This document shows, piece after piece, positions 37,114 through 46,434 of a stretch of 64,000 nt of DNA (positions are counted from its first letter, which is position 1; each line of letters begins with the position of its first letter). The stretch comes from Candidatus Hecatella orcuttiae (GTDB taxonomy: Archaea; Thermoproteota; Bathyarchaeia; Hecatellales; Hecatellaceae): contig MTLY02000001.1 in NCBI GenBank assembly GCA_002011035.2, forward strand, positions 160,001 through 224,000, given 5' to 3'. Below the pieces are notes generated by a model, which ran no database searches, was not told where the DNA came from, and worked only from the letters and a program-made list of their open reading frames with translations. Made by a program: the position numbers and the translations under genes.

Positions 37114-38286
37114 GTGGAGGCTAGGCCTAGGCTGAGGGAGCTTCAAGCCTTTAAGGAAAACTTCCTCGCCTCCCTAGACTCGGGAACAGCTGAGGTCTTG
37201 AATAAAGCGTTGGGAGGAGGAGAGTTGACGGAGGAGGAAGCCTCCTGCCTCCTTCAAGCTCGAGGGCTGGAGCTTCACGCGTTGATCCTCGCGGCCGACT
37301 GGGTTAGGCGGCGGAGGGTGGGGGACATCGTCACCTACGTGGTCAACTGGAACATCAACTTCACCAACATCTGCGGCACCGGCTGCCGGTTCTGCGCCTT
37401 CAGCCGAAGCCCCCGCGACCCCGAAGCTTACTTGCTCTCCCCCGCTCAGGTAGCCGCGAAGGCGGAGGAGGCTTGGAGGCAAGGGGCCACGGAGGTTTGC
37501 ATCCAAGGCGGCCTTCACCCCGAGGTGGACCTAGGCTTTTATGAGGCCTTGTTGAGGGCGGTGAAGAGAACTGTGCCCTCCATCCACATTCACGCTTTCT
37601 CCCCCATGGAGGTGGTTTACGCTGCCTCCAAGGGAGGGCTTGGTCTGGAGGAAACCTTGAGGCGTCTCAAGGAGGCGGGCTTGGATAGCATGCCCGGCAC
37701 CGCGGCGGAGGTCTTGGTGGATGAAGTCAGGAGGGTAGTGTGCCCTGAAAAAATCAGCGTGGGAAAATGGGTTCAAGTGGTGGAAACCGCCCACAGGCTG
37801 GGCATCCCCACCACGGCCACCATCATGTACGGTCATGTGGAAAGCCCCATCCATCAAGCCCGGCATCTGGCTGTGGTTCGGGAGGTTCAGAAGAAAACTC
37901 GAGGCTTCACCGAATTCATCCCCCTCACTTTCATCCCTTGGAAGACAGCTCTTTTCAGAGAAGGAGACAGCAAGGCTGGAGCCACTGGAGCTGAGGACCT
38001 GAGGATGTACGCTGTTTCAAGGCTGATGCTGGCGGGGTGGGTGGACAACATCCAAGTCTCCTGGGTTAAACTAGGCCCCAAACTGGCTCAGGTGGCCCTC
38101 AACGCTGGGGCTAACGACCTAGGAGGAACCTTGATGGAGGAGAACATCTCTAGGGCTGCGGGAGCCAGCTCAGGACAGTGCCTACTTCCCGAGGAAATGG
38201 AGCGGATGATAAGAGACTTGGGTAGGATTCCAGCCCAACGAACCACCACCTACCAGCTGGTTACCGGTTGGAGGCCTCCCAGCTGA
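37114..38286 (+). CDS. cofH: FO synthase subunit CofH
   Basis: TYVVN.NINFTNIC...C.FCAF, EVCIQGG, HAFSPME, MPGTAAE, NIQVSWVKLG; follows cofG. Confidence 0.92.
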   Translation: MEARPRLRELQAFKENFLASLDSGTAEVLNKALGGGELTEEEASCLLQARGLELHALILAADWVRRRRVGDIVTYVVNWNINFTNICGTGCRFCAFSRSPRDPEAYLLSPAQVAAKAEEAWRQGATEVCIQGGLHPEVDLGFYEALLRAVKRTVPSIHIHAFSPMEVVYAASKGGLGLEETLRRLKEAGLDSMPGTAAEVLVDEVRRVVCPEKISVGKWVQVVETAHRLGIPTTATIMYGHVESPIHQARHLAVVREVQKKTRGFTEFIPLTFIPWKTALFREGDSKAGATGAEDLRMYAVSRLMLAGWVDNIQVSWVKLGPKLAQVALNAGANDLGGTLMEENISRAAGASSGQCLLPEEMERMIRDLGRIPAQRTTTYQLVTGWRPPS

Positions 38287-38442
38287 GCAGCCTCCCTTCA
38301 TGGGGGGACGTTTTCAAGAAGCTGAGGTGTTAGGAATGGTTTTCGATTTCCTTTTTTAGAGTACCCGACTATCAACTAGGAGTTAAAAGGCTGGAGGGAA
38401 TCCGGCAGGCTTAAAGTTTAAAAGTGTCCCCTGCGAGGTGGT

Positions 38443-38913
38443 ATGCGGGAAATTTTTATGGCGGAAAAAATCCCTGAAATGCCCTCAGCGGCTAGGCTTC
38501 TGATGAAGGCGGACATACCCGCCGCTGAATCCACTGCCTCCGTCTTGGAGGTGGCTAGGATGATGAGGGAAAACCGTCTGAGAAACGTCTTCATCTTGAA
38601 AGCCGGAAAGCCTGTGGGAATTCTGAGGGACAACGACTTGGTGACCAAGGTGATGGCGCTTCAGAAAGACCCTGCGGCCTTGAAGGCGGAGGAAGTAATG
38701 GACTCCTTCATCCCCGTGGTGGAGCCGGATACGGGGATCTCCGACATCGCAAAGCTGATGGCTGACAGCGGCACGCGAAGAGTTTTGGTGGTGGAGAAGG
38801 GGAAAACCGTGGGGTCCATAACCGCCGGAGACTTGCTTCACTTCATAGCCTTCGTCTCCCGGGGAGAATGGATGCGGCTGCAGAGAACCAAAACTCAAAC
38901 GCTGGAAGAATAG
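38443..38913 (+). CDS. CBS-pair domain protein
   Basis: Two CBS repeats (GKPVGIL.D.DL, GK.VGSIT..DLL). Confidence 0.85.
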   Translation: MREIFMAEKIPEMPSAARLLMKADIPAAESTASVLEVARMMRENRLRNVFILKAGKPVGILRDNDLVTKVMALQKDPAALKAEEVMDSFIPVVEPDTGISDIAKLMADSGTRRVLVVEKGKTVGSITAGDLLHFIAFVSRGEWMRLQRTKTQTLEE

Positions 38914-38975
38914 CCCCCCGGGGGCTTAGCAGCATCTCCAGCGGGAAAAGGCTGGAATGCTTGAGGTGACTTTGT

Positions 38976-39485
38976 TTAACCTTTTTCTCCGATTTCCTCA
39001 ATTATTTTTAGGACTTCATCCAAGCTTCTGACTGTGAAGTCGGGTTTTTTCTCCTCACTGTCTATGGAGTCCGGATACCGGTTGTTCCACTTGAAGAGAA
39101 TGCTTCTCATGCCCGCCCTCTTCGCGCCGACCACGTCAGCGTCCACCCTGTTTCCCACCATGACGGCTTCCTCAGGCTTCACCCCCAGCCGCTCCAAGGC
39201 TATCTGGAAGATGCGGGGGTCCGGCTTCTCGATGCCCACATCCCCGGAGATGACCACCACGTCAAAGGAGTTCGTTAAACCACTGGAAGCCATAACCCTC
39301 CGAGTTCCCACACTGTCCCCGTTGCAGACGAGGGCAAGCCGGTAGCCTTTTTCCTTGAGGGCTTTAAGCAGCTGGAAGGCTCCCTGCACTGGGGAGCCGC
39401 TGAGAGCCCGGCCGTCTGGCTCTCGGACAACGCTTTCTTCGTCGATCAAAGTGTCTCCCAAGTCTAAGCACACTGCTTTAATCAC
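38976..39485 (-). CDS. HAD-superfamily hydrolase
   Basis: CLDLGDTLID, EKPDPRIF, MVGN...DVVGA; GTG start at 39485 preferred. Confidence 0.88.
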   Translation of the reverse strand: MIKAVCLDLGDTLIDEESVVREPDGRALSGSPVQGAFQLLKALKEKGYRLALVCNGDSVGTRRVMASSGLTNSFDVVVISGDVGIEKPDPRIFQIALERLGVKPEEAVMVGNRVDADVVGAKRAGMRSILFKWNNRYPDSIDSEEKKPDFTVRSLDEVLKIIEEIGEKG

Positions 39486-39591
39486 ACCGCATCTCCTCCC
39501 ATCGGCAGAATGGGAAGTATTGGATGTTCTTTCCCATAAATTTGACCCTTTAAATTCAGCCGGCGCCCCTTTGACATTTAGAGGGTGGAAA

Positions 39592-39990
39592 ATGTCTTGG
39601 AGAGGAAGGAGGCGAGCAGGCTTCGTCGCTGTCATAACCATTCTGGACGAGATAGGCGTGGGGCTGCTTCTGCTGATGGTCCTCCCCCTTCTCGGCTTTA
39701 GAATCCCAGTAGGCTACATCGCCGTCATTCTCGCCCTGTTAGCGGTCCTCTCCCTCGGAATTTACAAGACAACTACCCCTGCGTTGGCGAGAAAACCCGC
39801 TGTGGGAATCGAGGCCATGGCGGGTTTGAAGGGGAAAACGTTGACCTTCCTCAATCCCGAAGGGTTAGTCAGGGTCGAGGGGGAGGTGTGGAAGGCTAGG
39901 GCTGCGGAGGGGTACATCGAGGCGGATAGAGAGATTACAGTTAAGGCCGTCCAAGGATTGAGACTCCTTGTAGAAGAGAGAAAAACTTAA
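39592..39990 (+). CDS. NfeD-like membrane protein
   Basis: Two TM helices then L.PEGLVRVEGEVWKA OB domain; ATG at 39592 preferred. Confidence 0.85.
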   Translation: MSWRGRRRAGFVAVITILDEIGVGLLLLMVLPLLGFRIPVGYIAVILALLAVLSLGIYKTTTPALARKPAVGIEAMAGLKGKTLTFLNPEGLVRVEGEVWKARAAEGYIEADREITVKAVQGLRLLVEERKT

Positions 39991-41360
39991 CTCCGAGGAG
40001 CTAAGCTTAGGTGCTCTTTCCACCCTAGACCATAATGCTCCGTCTTAGCCCAGTACAAAGGCCTCGTCCAATGAAGCCAAAAGGCGTAAATTAAGCCTGC
40101 GATGTGCAGAAACATGTAGAGGAAGTAAGTCGGAAGCCATAGGAGGTTTCTGCGATTTTTGTTCTCCAAGACTATGCCGGCTAAGACGGCTCCGTAAAAA
40201 ACAAAGTTGAAGAGCAGAGGAATCACAGCCCACCGCGGGAAAGTTAAAGCCATAAGCCCTGGCGCCCACAGCTTGAAAACTTCAGTGACGGCCCAAAGGA
40301 AAGTTAAGGCATAGCCGATGGGCACGAGAATCATCACAAAAGGGGCTCCTAAAACTAGAATCATACTTAAAGTCTTAAGAAACCCAAGTCTTCTCATGTT
40401 TCGAAGGGCGGGAAGCCAGTAGGTTAGAAAAGTTTGAAGATAACCCCTCATCCACCGACCCCTCTGCCTCATCCATTCGCCCACCCTTATGGGAGCTTCC
40501 CCCCAAGACCTAACCTCAACCATTTTGATGTCGTAGCCTGAAAAGGTTAAACGGACAGCTACTTCCAAGTCCTCAGTCAGATTCTTAGAATCCCACCACC
40601 CTACTCCCCTCAAGAACTCTCTTCTGAGGAAGCAACATGTTCCCCCTAAGGGGATGAAGAATCCGAGTTTTCTTCTTCCCCAGAGGTGTATTCTGAACCA
40701 AGAAGCGTATTCAAGGTCCATCATCCTAGCAAGCCAAGCATCCTCCCTGTTGCCCATCCTGAGAATTCCTTGAACTGCCCCCACCTTAGGGTCGTCGAAG
40801 AAGGGCATCACCTTCATCAGCACATCCCTGTCTGGGACGTCCTCAGCGTCGAAGATAGCGATGATCTCCCCGTTGGTGAAGTGAACCACGTCGTCTAAGG
40901 CAGCGGGCTTGGTTTCAATTCGGGAGGGGGCGGAGCGGAAAAATATCTTAACAGACTCGGGGTTGGCTGCGGCTAGGGGCATAGCCGCCATGGCGGTTTC
41001 CTCATCCTCCGTGACCACCACCACTTCTTTTTTCCCTTCAGGATAATCCAAATGGTTCGCCGCTATGTTCACTGCTCGCCCTATAACCCATGGCTCATGT
41101 TTAGCAGGTATGAGGATGGAAACCGTGGGGAGGGAAAGCGGGTCGGCAGGTTTAGCCGTGTCCATGCGTGTTAATCCCGCTGCCAAGATGGGCAGGTGGT
41201 AGAGTCCCCAGAGAAGAAATACAAGGGAAACAAAATAGGCGAAGGCGGTCAGGATGAGTTTAAGGTGTCCCGCTGCTATGAGGAGAGAAAAGGAAAAGAC
41301 GGCAGCGGCCGCGTAGATGGAAACCTTCGTTAAAGGTGAATGCTTCTGCGTCTTCAACAC
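39987..41360 (-). CDS. Processive-type family 2 glycosyltransferase, membrane-bound
   Basis: TKPAAL, FDAED, LTEDL, QRGRW motifs; TM helices both ends; W.KTEH tail. Confidence 0.9.
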   Translation of the reverse strand: MLKTQKHSPLTKVSIYAAAAVFSFSLLIAAGHLKLILTAFAYFVSLVFLLWGLYHLPILAAGLTRMDTAKPADPLSLPTVSILIPAKHEPWVIGRAVNIAANHLDYPEGKKEVVVVTEDEETAMAAMPLAAANPESVKIFFRSAPSRIETKPAALDDVVHFTNGEIIAIFDAEDVPDRDVLMKVMPFFDDPKVGAVQGILRMGNREDAWLARMMDLEYASWFRIHLWGRRKLGFFIPLGGTCCFLRREFLRGVGWWDSKNLTEDLEVAVRLTFSGYDIKMVEVRSWGEAPIRVGEWMRQRGRWMRGYLQTFLTYWLPALRNMRRLGFLKTLSMILVLGAPFVMILVPIGYALTFLWAVTEVFKLWAPGLMALTFPRWAVIPLLFNFVFYGAVLAGIVLENKNRRNLLWLPTYFLYMFLHIAGLIYAFWLHWTRPLYWAKTEHYGLGWKEHLSLAPRS

Positions 41361-41376
41361 GGAACAGATTCTCCCT

Positions 41377-42339
41377 TCAAAGACCTATTATCTTCCTCAG
41401 CTGATCGACGGCGTCCTCCATGTTACCTGCCTCCAAACATTCCACCCGAAATTTGGATGCGAAAACCCGGGCTTCCCTTTCAAGTTTAGGTATGGCAACG
41501 AATATACCGTGGAAGCCCTTTGTTTTCACGTCGAAAAATTTGGCTAAAAATTTCAACAGGTCGTCAACGGTTACAGTCAGCCCTCCCTTTTCTTCCACTT
41601 CCACAATGAGTTCTCTGCGAGAAGGCCCTGAGTTTTTGGCTACGATATCGAACATGTGGAAGCTTCCTGATTTACCTTCCAGCTCATAGAAGCATTCCAC
41701 GGAGAAGCCTCCCCGTTTCAGCGCTTCAGCCATGGGCTCGACGTAGAGCAGCGCCTTCCTCACCTCGTTTCTCCTAGCCTCGTTAAACCGGTAGGAGTAA
41801 ACGTTTTCCCTCCGCGCCTCCGTAGGCCTGAAGGAGCGGTCGCATACCTTGCAAACCCACCGTTCAAAGGGAAGGTGGAAGAATTCTCCACATTCTAAGC
41901 ATTTGAAAGCCATGCCGGGATTGCCGTAGTCAACACCAATCTGCCTGAGAACCCGATTGCATCGCGGGCATCTGACAGATGAGGCTTCTTTCCAAAATTT
42001 TTCCTCAAAATCTATGTAGCTACATGAATAATGGACGAGGACGTTCCCCTCTGTATAGTCGGCTGATTTGCATTTCGGACATAAAAGTTGGGGGCGGATG
42101 TCCGCGGAGAAACATTGAGGGCACTTGAAGATGTTGTCGGAAACTTTTCTATGCAGAAAACCCTCCTCCCCCAGTTTTTCAAGAAGTTGAGCAGCTTCCT
42201 CGTCTGAGCTTTCCAACTCTCTCAGGGAAGGATAGGTCACTCGGTTCGCTGTGACCTTGGCGTGAATTTCGGAGATCTGCCCTGTCACCAGTTTATATAA
42301 AAGCCTCAAGGCCAACGAGTTCTGCAGCAACGCTTCCAA
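41377..42339 (-). CDS. TackOD1-like multi-zinc-ribbon protein with C-terminal restriction-endonuclease-like domain
   Basis: CPQC, CPKC, H..C, CPRC..LRQIGVDY, C.EC, C.VC; then G.SG..H.FDIVA...IVEV. Confidence 0.75.
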   Translation of the reverse strand: MEALLQNSLALRLLYKLVTGQISEIHAKVTANRVTYPSLRELESSDEEAAQLLEKLGEEGFLHRKVSDNIFKCPQCFSADIRPQLLCPKCKSADYTEGNVLVHYSCSYIDFEEKFWKEASSVRCPRCNRVLRQIGVDYGNPGMAFKCLECGEFFHLPFERWVCKVCDRSFRPTEARRENVYSYRFNEARRNEVRKALLYVEPMAEALKRGGFSVECFYELEGKSGSFHMFDIVAKNSGPSRRELIVEVEEKGGLTVTVDDLLKFLAKFFDVKTKGFHGIFVAIPKLEREARVFASKFRVECLEAGNMEDAVDQLRKIIGL

Positions 42340-42615
42340 CAGGGCTACCTCCAGTCTTCCGAAAAACGCGAAGGGGCGGTTTTACTTTAACATCTTCTTG
42401 TCTAGGTTGGATATAAAGTTAGGATGAGCGATCCAGGCTTTCCTCGAAGAATTTCATGGTGCTCTACAATGTTTAACTCTAAACATAGGTAGTGAAAATG
42501 ATGCTTTTCTGGAGGGGGAATTAGAATTTATTTGGCAAAATCAACGGCTCTTTTCAGGCTTTTCGCTTGAAACGAAAGATAAAAGAAACTTGCGCAAGAA
42601 TAAGGGGGAGTAAAC

Positions 42616-43083
42616 ATGGTTCAGCCGTCAGGGGAGAGACAGTATCCCTCCTATCCGCGTGTAGGTGTAGGTGCTCTAATAAGGTGCGGAGAACAGGTTC
42701 TCTTAGTGAGAAGGAAATTTGAGCCGGGAAAGGGGCTGTGGTCTATTCCCGGCGGGCTGGTGGAGCTGGGGGAACGTCTGGAAGAGGCTGTTAGGCGGGA
42801 GGTAAAAGAAGAAACAGGTTTAGATGTCGCTATAGAAAACTTGATCAACGTAGGTGAGGTCATTGAAGCTGACGGTGAAGGGAGGATTCTCTTCCACTAC
42901 GTCCTCATCGACTATTCAGCTCGACCTGTGGGGGGAAGGCTTACCGGAAGCCCGGAGTCCTTGGAGGTGAAATGGGTTAAAGCAAGGGAAATCTCCCGCT
43001 ACAAGACCACCAAAGCTTTGCAGAGGTTGCTTAAGAAGCTGGGCTACCTCCCTAAAGAAGAAAAGGAGAGGTGGAAAGGATGA
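42616..43083 (+). CDS. NUDIX hydrolase (ADP-ribose pyrophosphatase-like)
   Basis: GGLVELGE..EEAV.REV.EETGL Nudix box; FHYVLIDY. Confidence 0.93.
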   Translation: MVQPSGERQYPSYPRVGVGALIRCGEQVLLVRRKFEPGKGLWSIPGGLVELGERLEEAVRREVKEETGLDVAIENLINVGEVIEADGEGRILFHYVLIDYSARPVGGRLTGSPESLEVKWVKAREISRYKTTKALQRLLKKLGYLPKEEKERWKG

Positions 43084-44129
43084 TGGGAAAGCTTTTCAGC
43101 AGCCTATCCTGCCTCCTAACTCCTTACAAGCCTCACCCTTACCATGTCCAGTGGTTTCTCACGGGAAAATGCAACTATCGCTGCCGAACATGCCAGATTT
43201 GGAGTCAGCCTCAAACCCGAGAGTTAACCGTCGAAGAAGTCAAGAGAGGCATCGACATCCTGCACGCCATGGGCGTGGTGGACTTGGTTTTCACCGGAGG
43301 GAATCCTCTCCTACGCGGGGATATTGCTGAAATTTTGAAATACGCCCATCCAAAGTTTCCTCTGGTCACCATTTACGATAACGGCAGCTTAGCCTCCAAG
43401 AAGCTAGACATCCTCCGCCATGCGGACAGGGTGTGCATCAGCCTTCACTCTCTTAACCCTGCGCTTCAAAACGCCATAGCCGGCGTGCCCAACGCCTTCC
43501 GGGAAGCCATGCAGTCCATTCTCCTTCTGAAAAAGAAAGGCTTGGGAGTTGTGGTGGCGGTTACTGTGGCAGGGAACAACATTCACGAGGTCCCTGCCTT
43601 GATTGAGTATTTCGGTGAGAGGGAGATCCCCGTCATTTTAGCCCTCTACAGCGACCTATCCTCCGAGGACAGTCTTGTGAAGATCGGAACGCCTGACCCT
43701 TGCTCTCAATTTCATGACGGCGAAAGTTTGCGGAAGTTTTTCCAGAGCCTCCGGGAGCTTAAGAGAAGATATCCGGTTCATCTGGACTTCAAGACTTTAG
43801 AGGCCTTGGAGGCCTTTTTCTCGGAGGGTAGGAGAAACTGGCAGTGTCAAGCTCTGAGCTCCTTCTTCATGGTAAACGAGTTAGGCTGGGTTTCAGGCTG
43901 CCATGTCATGCCACCTGTCTGCCGTCTGGGGGAGCTGCCTTCCCTTTGGGGTTCTGAAAAATTCGCGGAGCTGAGGGAAAACTGCAAGCTGTGCGAAAAA
44001 TGCCTCTACTTGTGCTACGTAGCCTATTCCCACATCCGGAGGGCTCGAAACTTGGCTGAATACCTCTGGGACTACAAGCGCTACATGTGGGAAAGATTCC
44101 TCCTCACGCTGTCTTCTGAGAAAGGGTGA
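43071..44129 (+). CDS. Radical SAM protein with C-terminal SPASM/twitch-like domain
   Basis: CNYRCRTC, FTGG.PLLR, C-terminal C..GC..CxxCxxCxxxC. Confidence 0.88.
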   Translation: MERMMGKLFSSLSCLLTPYKPHPYHVQWFLTGKCNYRCRTCQIWSQPQTRELTVEEVKRGIDILHAMGVVDLVFTGGNPLLRGDIAEILKYAHPKFPLVTIYDNGSLASKKLDILRHADRVCISLHSLNPALQNAIAGVPNAFREAMQSILLLKKKGLGVVVAVTVAGNNIHEVPALIEYFGEREIPVILALYSDLSSEDSLVKIGTPDPCSQFHDGESLRKFFQSLRELKRRYPVHLDFKTLEALEAFFSEGRRNWQCQALSSFFMVNELGWVSGCHVMPPVCRLGELPSLWGSEKFAELRENCKLCEKCLYLCYVAYSHIRRARNLAEYLWDYKRYMWERFLLTLSSEKG

Positions 44130-44158
44130 AAATTCTCTCTTTTGCGGGAGCCGAGGGT

Positions 44159-45745
44159 TCAGGAGATTACAGCTTCAATCCCGATGAAAGTCGGCCCTTT
44201 CACGTGGATTCTTTTGTTTCTGCCGGTTATGTAGCGTTGGGCGGAGGGTTGAAGTTTCACGTTTACATCACTGGGCTGCTTGGCCAGCCGAACACGGACC
44301 GTCAGTTTACCCAGCTGGGCTTTCTCCAGCATTCTTTCGATTTTGGCAGCTGCTCCAGCGGCCACAGCCTCCAGGTAACGTATGCCCGTGGAGACACCGT
44401 GTTCTCGGGCTTCCCCCACCAATGGGTCTTCTCCCAGTCCCTGCCGGGGGATGCCTAGGATGTTTCCTTGGTAGACGTAGATGGTGTTGAGGGCAGCAGG
44501 CCCCAGAAGCATGGCTTTGGGGTCAGGTTCGAAGACAGTGACCTCCAGTTTTCTCCCGGAAACCTCCCCTTTGAAGGCTGTGAACCTGCAGGGGCTTTTC
44601 TCGCAGGCGTGGGTTAGGGCTGTTTGAACGATGGCGTCCATGATTTTCTTCCCCTCCTCAGTCCGGGGCTTCTCGTCCACCTCCACCATGCGGGCTAGTT
44701 CTTCGTCGCTGTATTCTTTTTTCTCGTAGAACTGGGGGTAACTGAGCCTTCGAATGTCCTTTTCACCGTGGAGGAGCATGGCCAGCCTTTCCACGCCTAG
44801 GCCTACGTTGAAGACGGGGTGAGCGATGTTGTAGTTGGCCAGAGCCACCGGTGAGTAGAGGCCTTGGTCTCCCACCTCAATCCAGTCTTCGCCGCTTCTC
44901 ACGAAGACTTCCATCTCCGTCTGGGGGGCATAGTATTTGCCAGTGGCCTTCTTCACCGCAAACCTGACCTCTTCAAACCCCAACTCGGCGAGAACATGCC
45001 TCGTTAACGCGGAGCCGTCTTCCAAAGTCAAGTCCGCGGCCAACACTGCGGCGGAGGCGACGAGGGATTCGTAGAGGTGAAGGGGGTCAAGCTTCTGCTC
45101 CCTCCTGTATTTGAGGCCGATAGAAAAGACCTTGAGGGGGAGAGTCCGCTTATGTTGAAGCTCAGCTAGGGTGGGAAACCAGAGGGCGGTCATGTGGGAC
45201 CTCAATATCTGCTTGGTGGGCTTGGGTTGAAGTTTCAAGAGCTCAGGGAAGAGGCCGAGGAGGGCTGTAGCCTGTTCGGGGGCTAAGCCCAGTTTCTCCA
45301 CCAGCTCCTCCGCCAGGCTTCCTCCTTCAACCTTACCTTCTTTGTAGGCTCTGAAAACCTTGCAGAGTTCTTCCACCTGTCTGTCAGTGAAGCTGGGGAT
45401 AAGTCTTCTAATGTTTGAAAGGGTTTTGGCGTTAAGCCCTAGCTCAGGCCGGGGAAGCTCAGCCAAGTAGAAGCAGCGGTCTAGGATGACTGGCGCCTCA
45501 GGGCCGTATTGCTTGTAGACTTCCGCCTCCCCCACGATGGTGGGGTTTAACACTTCCTCGAAGCCTAGGTTGAGGAAGACGGTTCTAAGCCGCTCCACCA
45601 AGTCGAGGACCGGGTGGCTTTTTCCCTTTTCCCTCACCCACTCCACGCTTCGACCCTTAAGCTTCAGCCACCGCCCTGTCTCAAGCCAGGCCTTTTCAAA
45701 GTCTTTTTTGGCCATCCTTTGAATGTTTTTCACGTCGAACTCCAT
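44159..45745 (-). CDS. sepS: O-phosphoseryl-tRNA(Cys) synthetase
   Basis: KQYGPEAPVILDRCFYLA.LPRP, LRSHMT..WF, RREQ..D..HL, YY.P.TE.EV, YSPVALANY, LGPAALN; ATG at 45745. Confidence 0.95.
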   Translation of the reverse strand: MEFDVKNIQRMAKKDFEKAWLETGRWLKLKGRSVEWVREKGKSHPVLDLVERLRTVFLNLGFEEVLNPTIVGEAEVYKQYGPEAPVILDRCFYLAELPRPELGLNAKTLSNIRRLIPSFTDRQVEELCKVFRAYKEGKVEGGSLAEELVEKLGLAPEQATALLGLFPELLKLQPKPTKQILRSHMTALWFPTLAELQHKRTLPLKVFSIGLKYRREQKLDPLHLYESLVASAAVLAADLTLEDGSALTRHVLAELGFEEVRFAVKKATGKYYAPQTEMEVFVRSGEDWIEVGDQGLYSPVALANYNIAHPVFNVGLGVERLAMLLHGEKDIRRLSYPQFYEKKEYSDEELARMVEVDEKPRTEEGKKIMDAIVQTALTHACEKSPCRFTAFKGEVSGRKLEVTVFEPDPKAMLLGPAALNTIYVYQGNILGIPRQGLGEDPLVGEAREHGVSTGIRYLEAVAAGAAAKIERMLEKAQLGKLTVRVRLAKQPSDVNVKLQPSAQRYITGRNKRIHVKGPTFIGIEAVIS

Positions 45746-46434
45746 CACGCAGGCTTCTCCTTGAAGGTTTCGGAGCTGAGTCTTCTTTCGCTTCTCCTCA
45801 AGGCCTCCTCCAACCTTTGCTGGCGACGCTCCAAGACCACTTCGCTGGCGGTCAGCTCCAGAAGGTGGCGGATTACGTCGCATTTCCGCCTCAGCCCGGG
45901 TAAGACGTGGAAGGCTTGCTCGTTGAGGGCTGTAAGCTCGTTGTAGATGGCCTCCATCACCCGGAAACGTCTCTCAGCCCCCTCCACATCGTGGTTTAGG
46001 AGGGCTGTCAAAACTCCCCGCCTCAGCTCTCCGGGGACGTCCGCCAATCCTAGGATGTAGGAGCCGAGGTCCACCTTCACCTCCTCCAAGGTGGGGCATG
46101 TTCCCCGCTCCTCCAAGGCCAAGAGGATGAAGGCCTCAGCGAACTCTTGACACGCAGCTGAGAGCGCTCCGCTGTGGCGGAGCTCCGGAGCCTCTTCCAG
46201 CTTCCTCATCAGCCGGCGGATCATTTTACCCGCCTTTTTCAATCCAGCTTTGGCCTTGGGGATGCGACCTTGAAAGATGAGCGTGGTGGCCTCCTTGGAG
46301 ACGCGGGTTATCCTCCTAGACTCAGCCAGCATCTTCTCCCTCAGCTCGTTTTTAGCCTTCAGCTCTCTTCTCAAAAGGCCTACAGCCTTTCTCAGGGACT
46401 TTTCCGCGGAGGTTCCTTTTTCCAGTTTTTTCAC
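45745..46434 (-). CDS. Archaeal translin-family protein
   Basis: RE..L..SR.I.R, QEFAEA, YILGLADV.GELRR, LRRKCD. Confidence 0.87.
   Translation of the reverse strand: MKKLEKGTSAEKSLRKAVGLLRRELKAKNELREKMLAESRRITRVSKEATTLIFQGRIPKAKAGLKKAGKMIRRLMRKLEEAPELRHSGALSAACQEFAEAFILLALEERGTCPTLEEVKVDLGSYILGLADVPGELRRGVLTALLNHDVEGAERRFRVMEAIYNELTALNEQAFHVLPGLRRKCDVIRHLLELTASEVVLERRQQRLEEALRRSERRLSSETFKEKPA

Noticed and set aside
37114-38286. MqnC/MqnE menaquinone enzyme instead of CofH
   Set aside because: Directly follows cofG and arfC and carries CofH-type motifs
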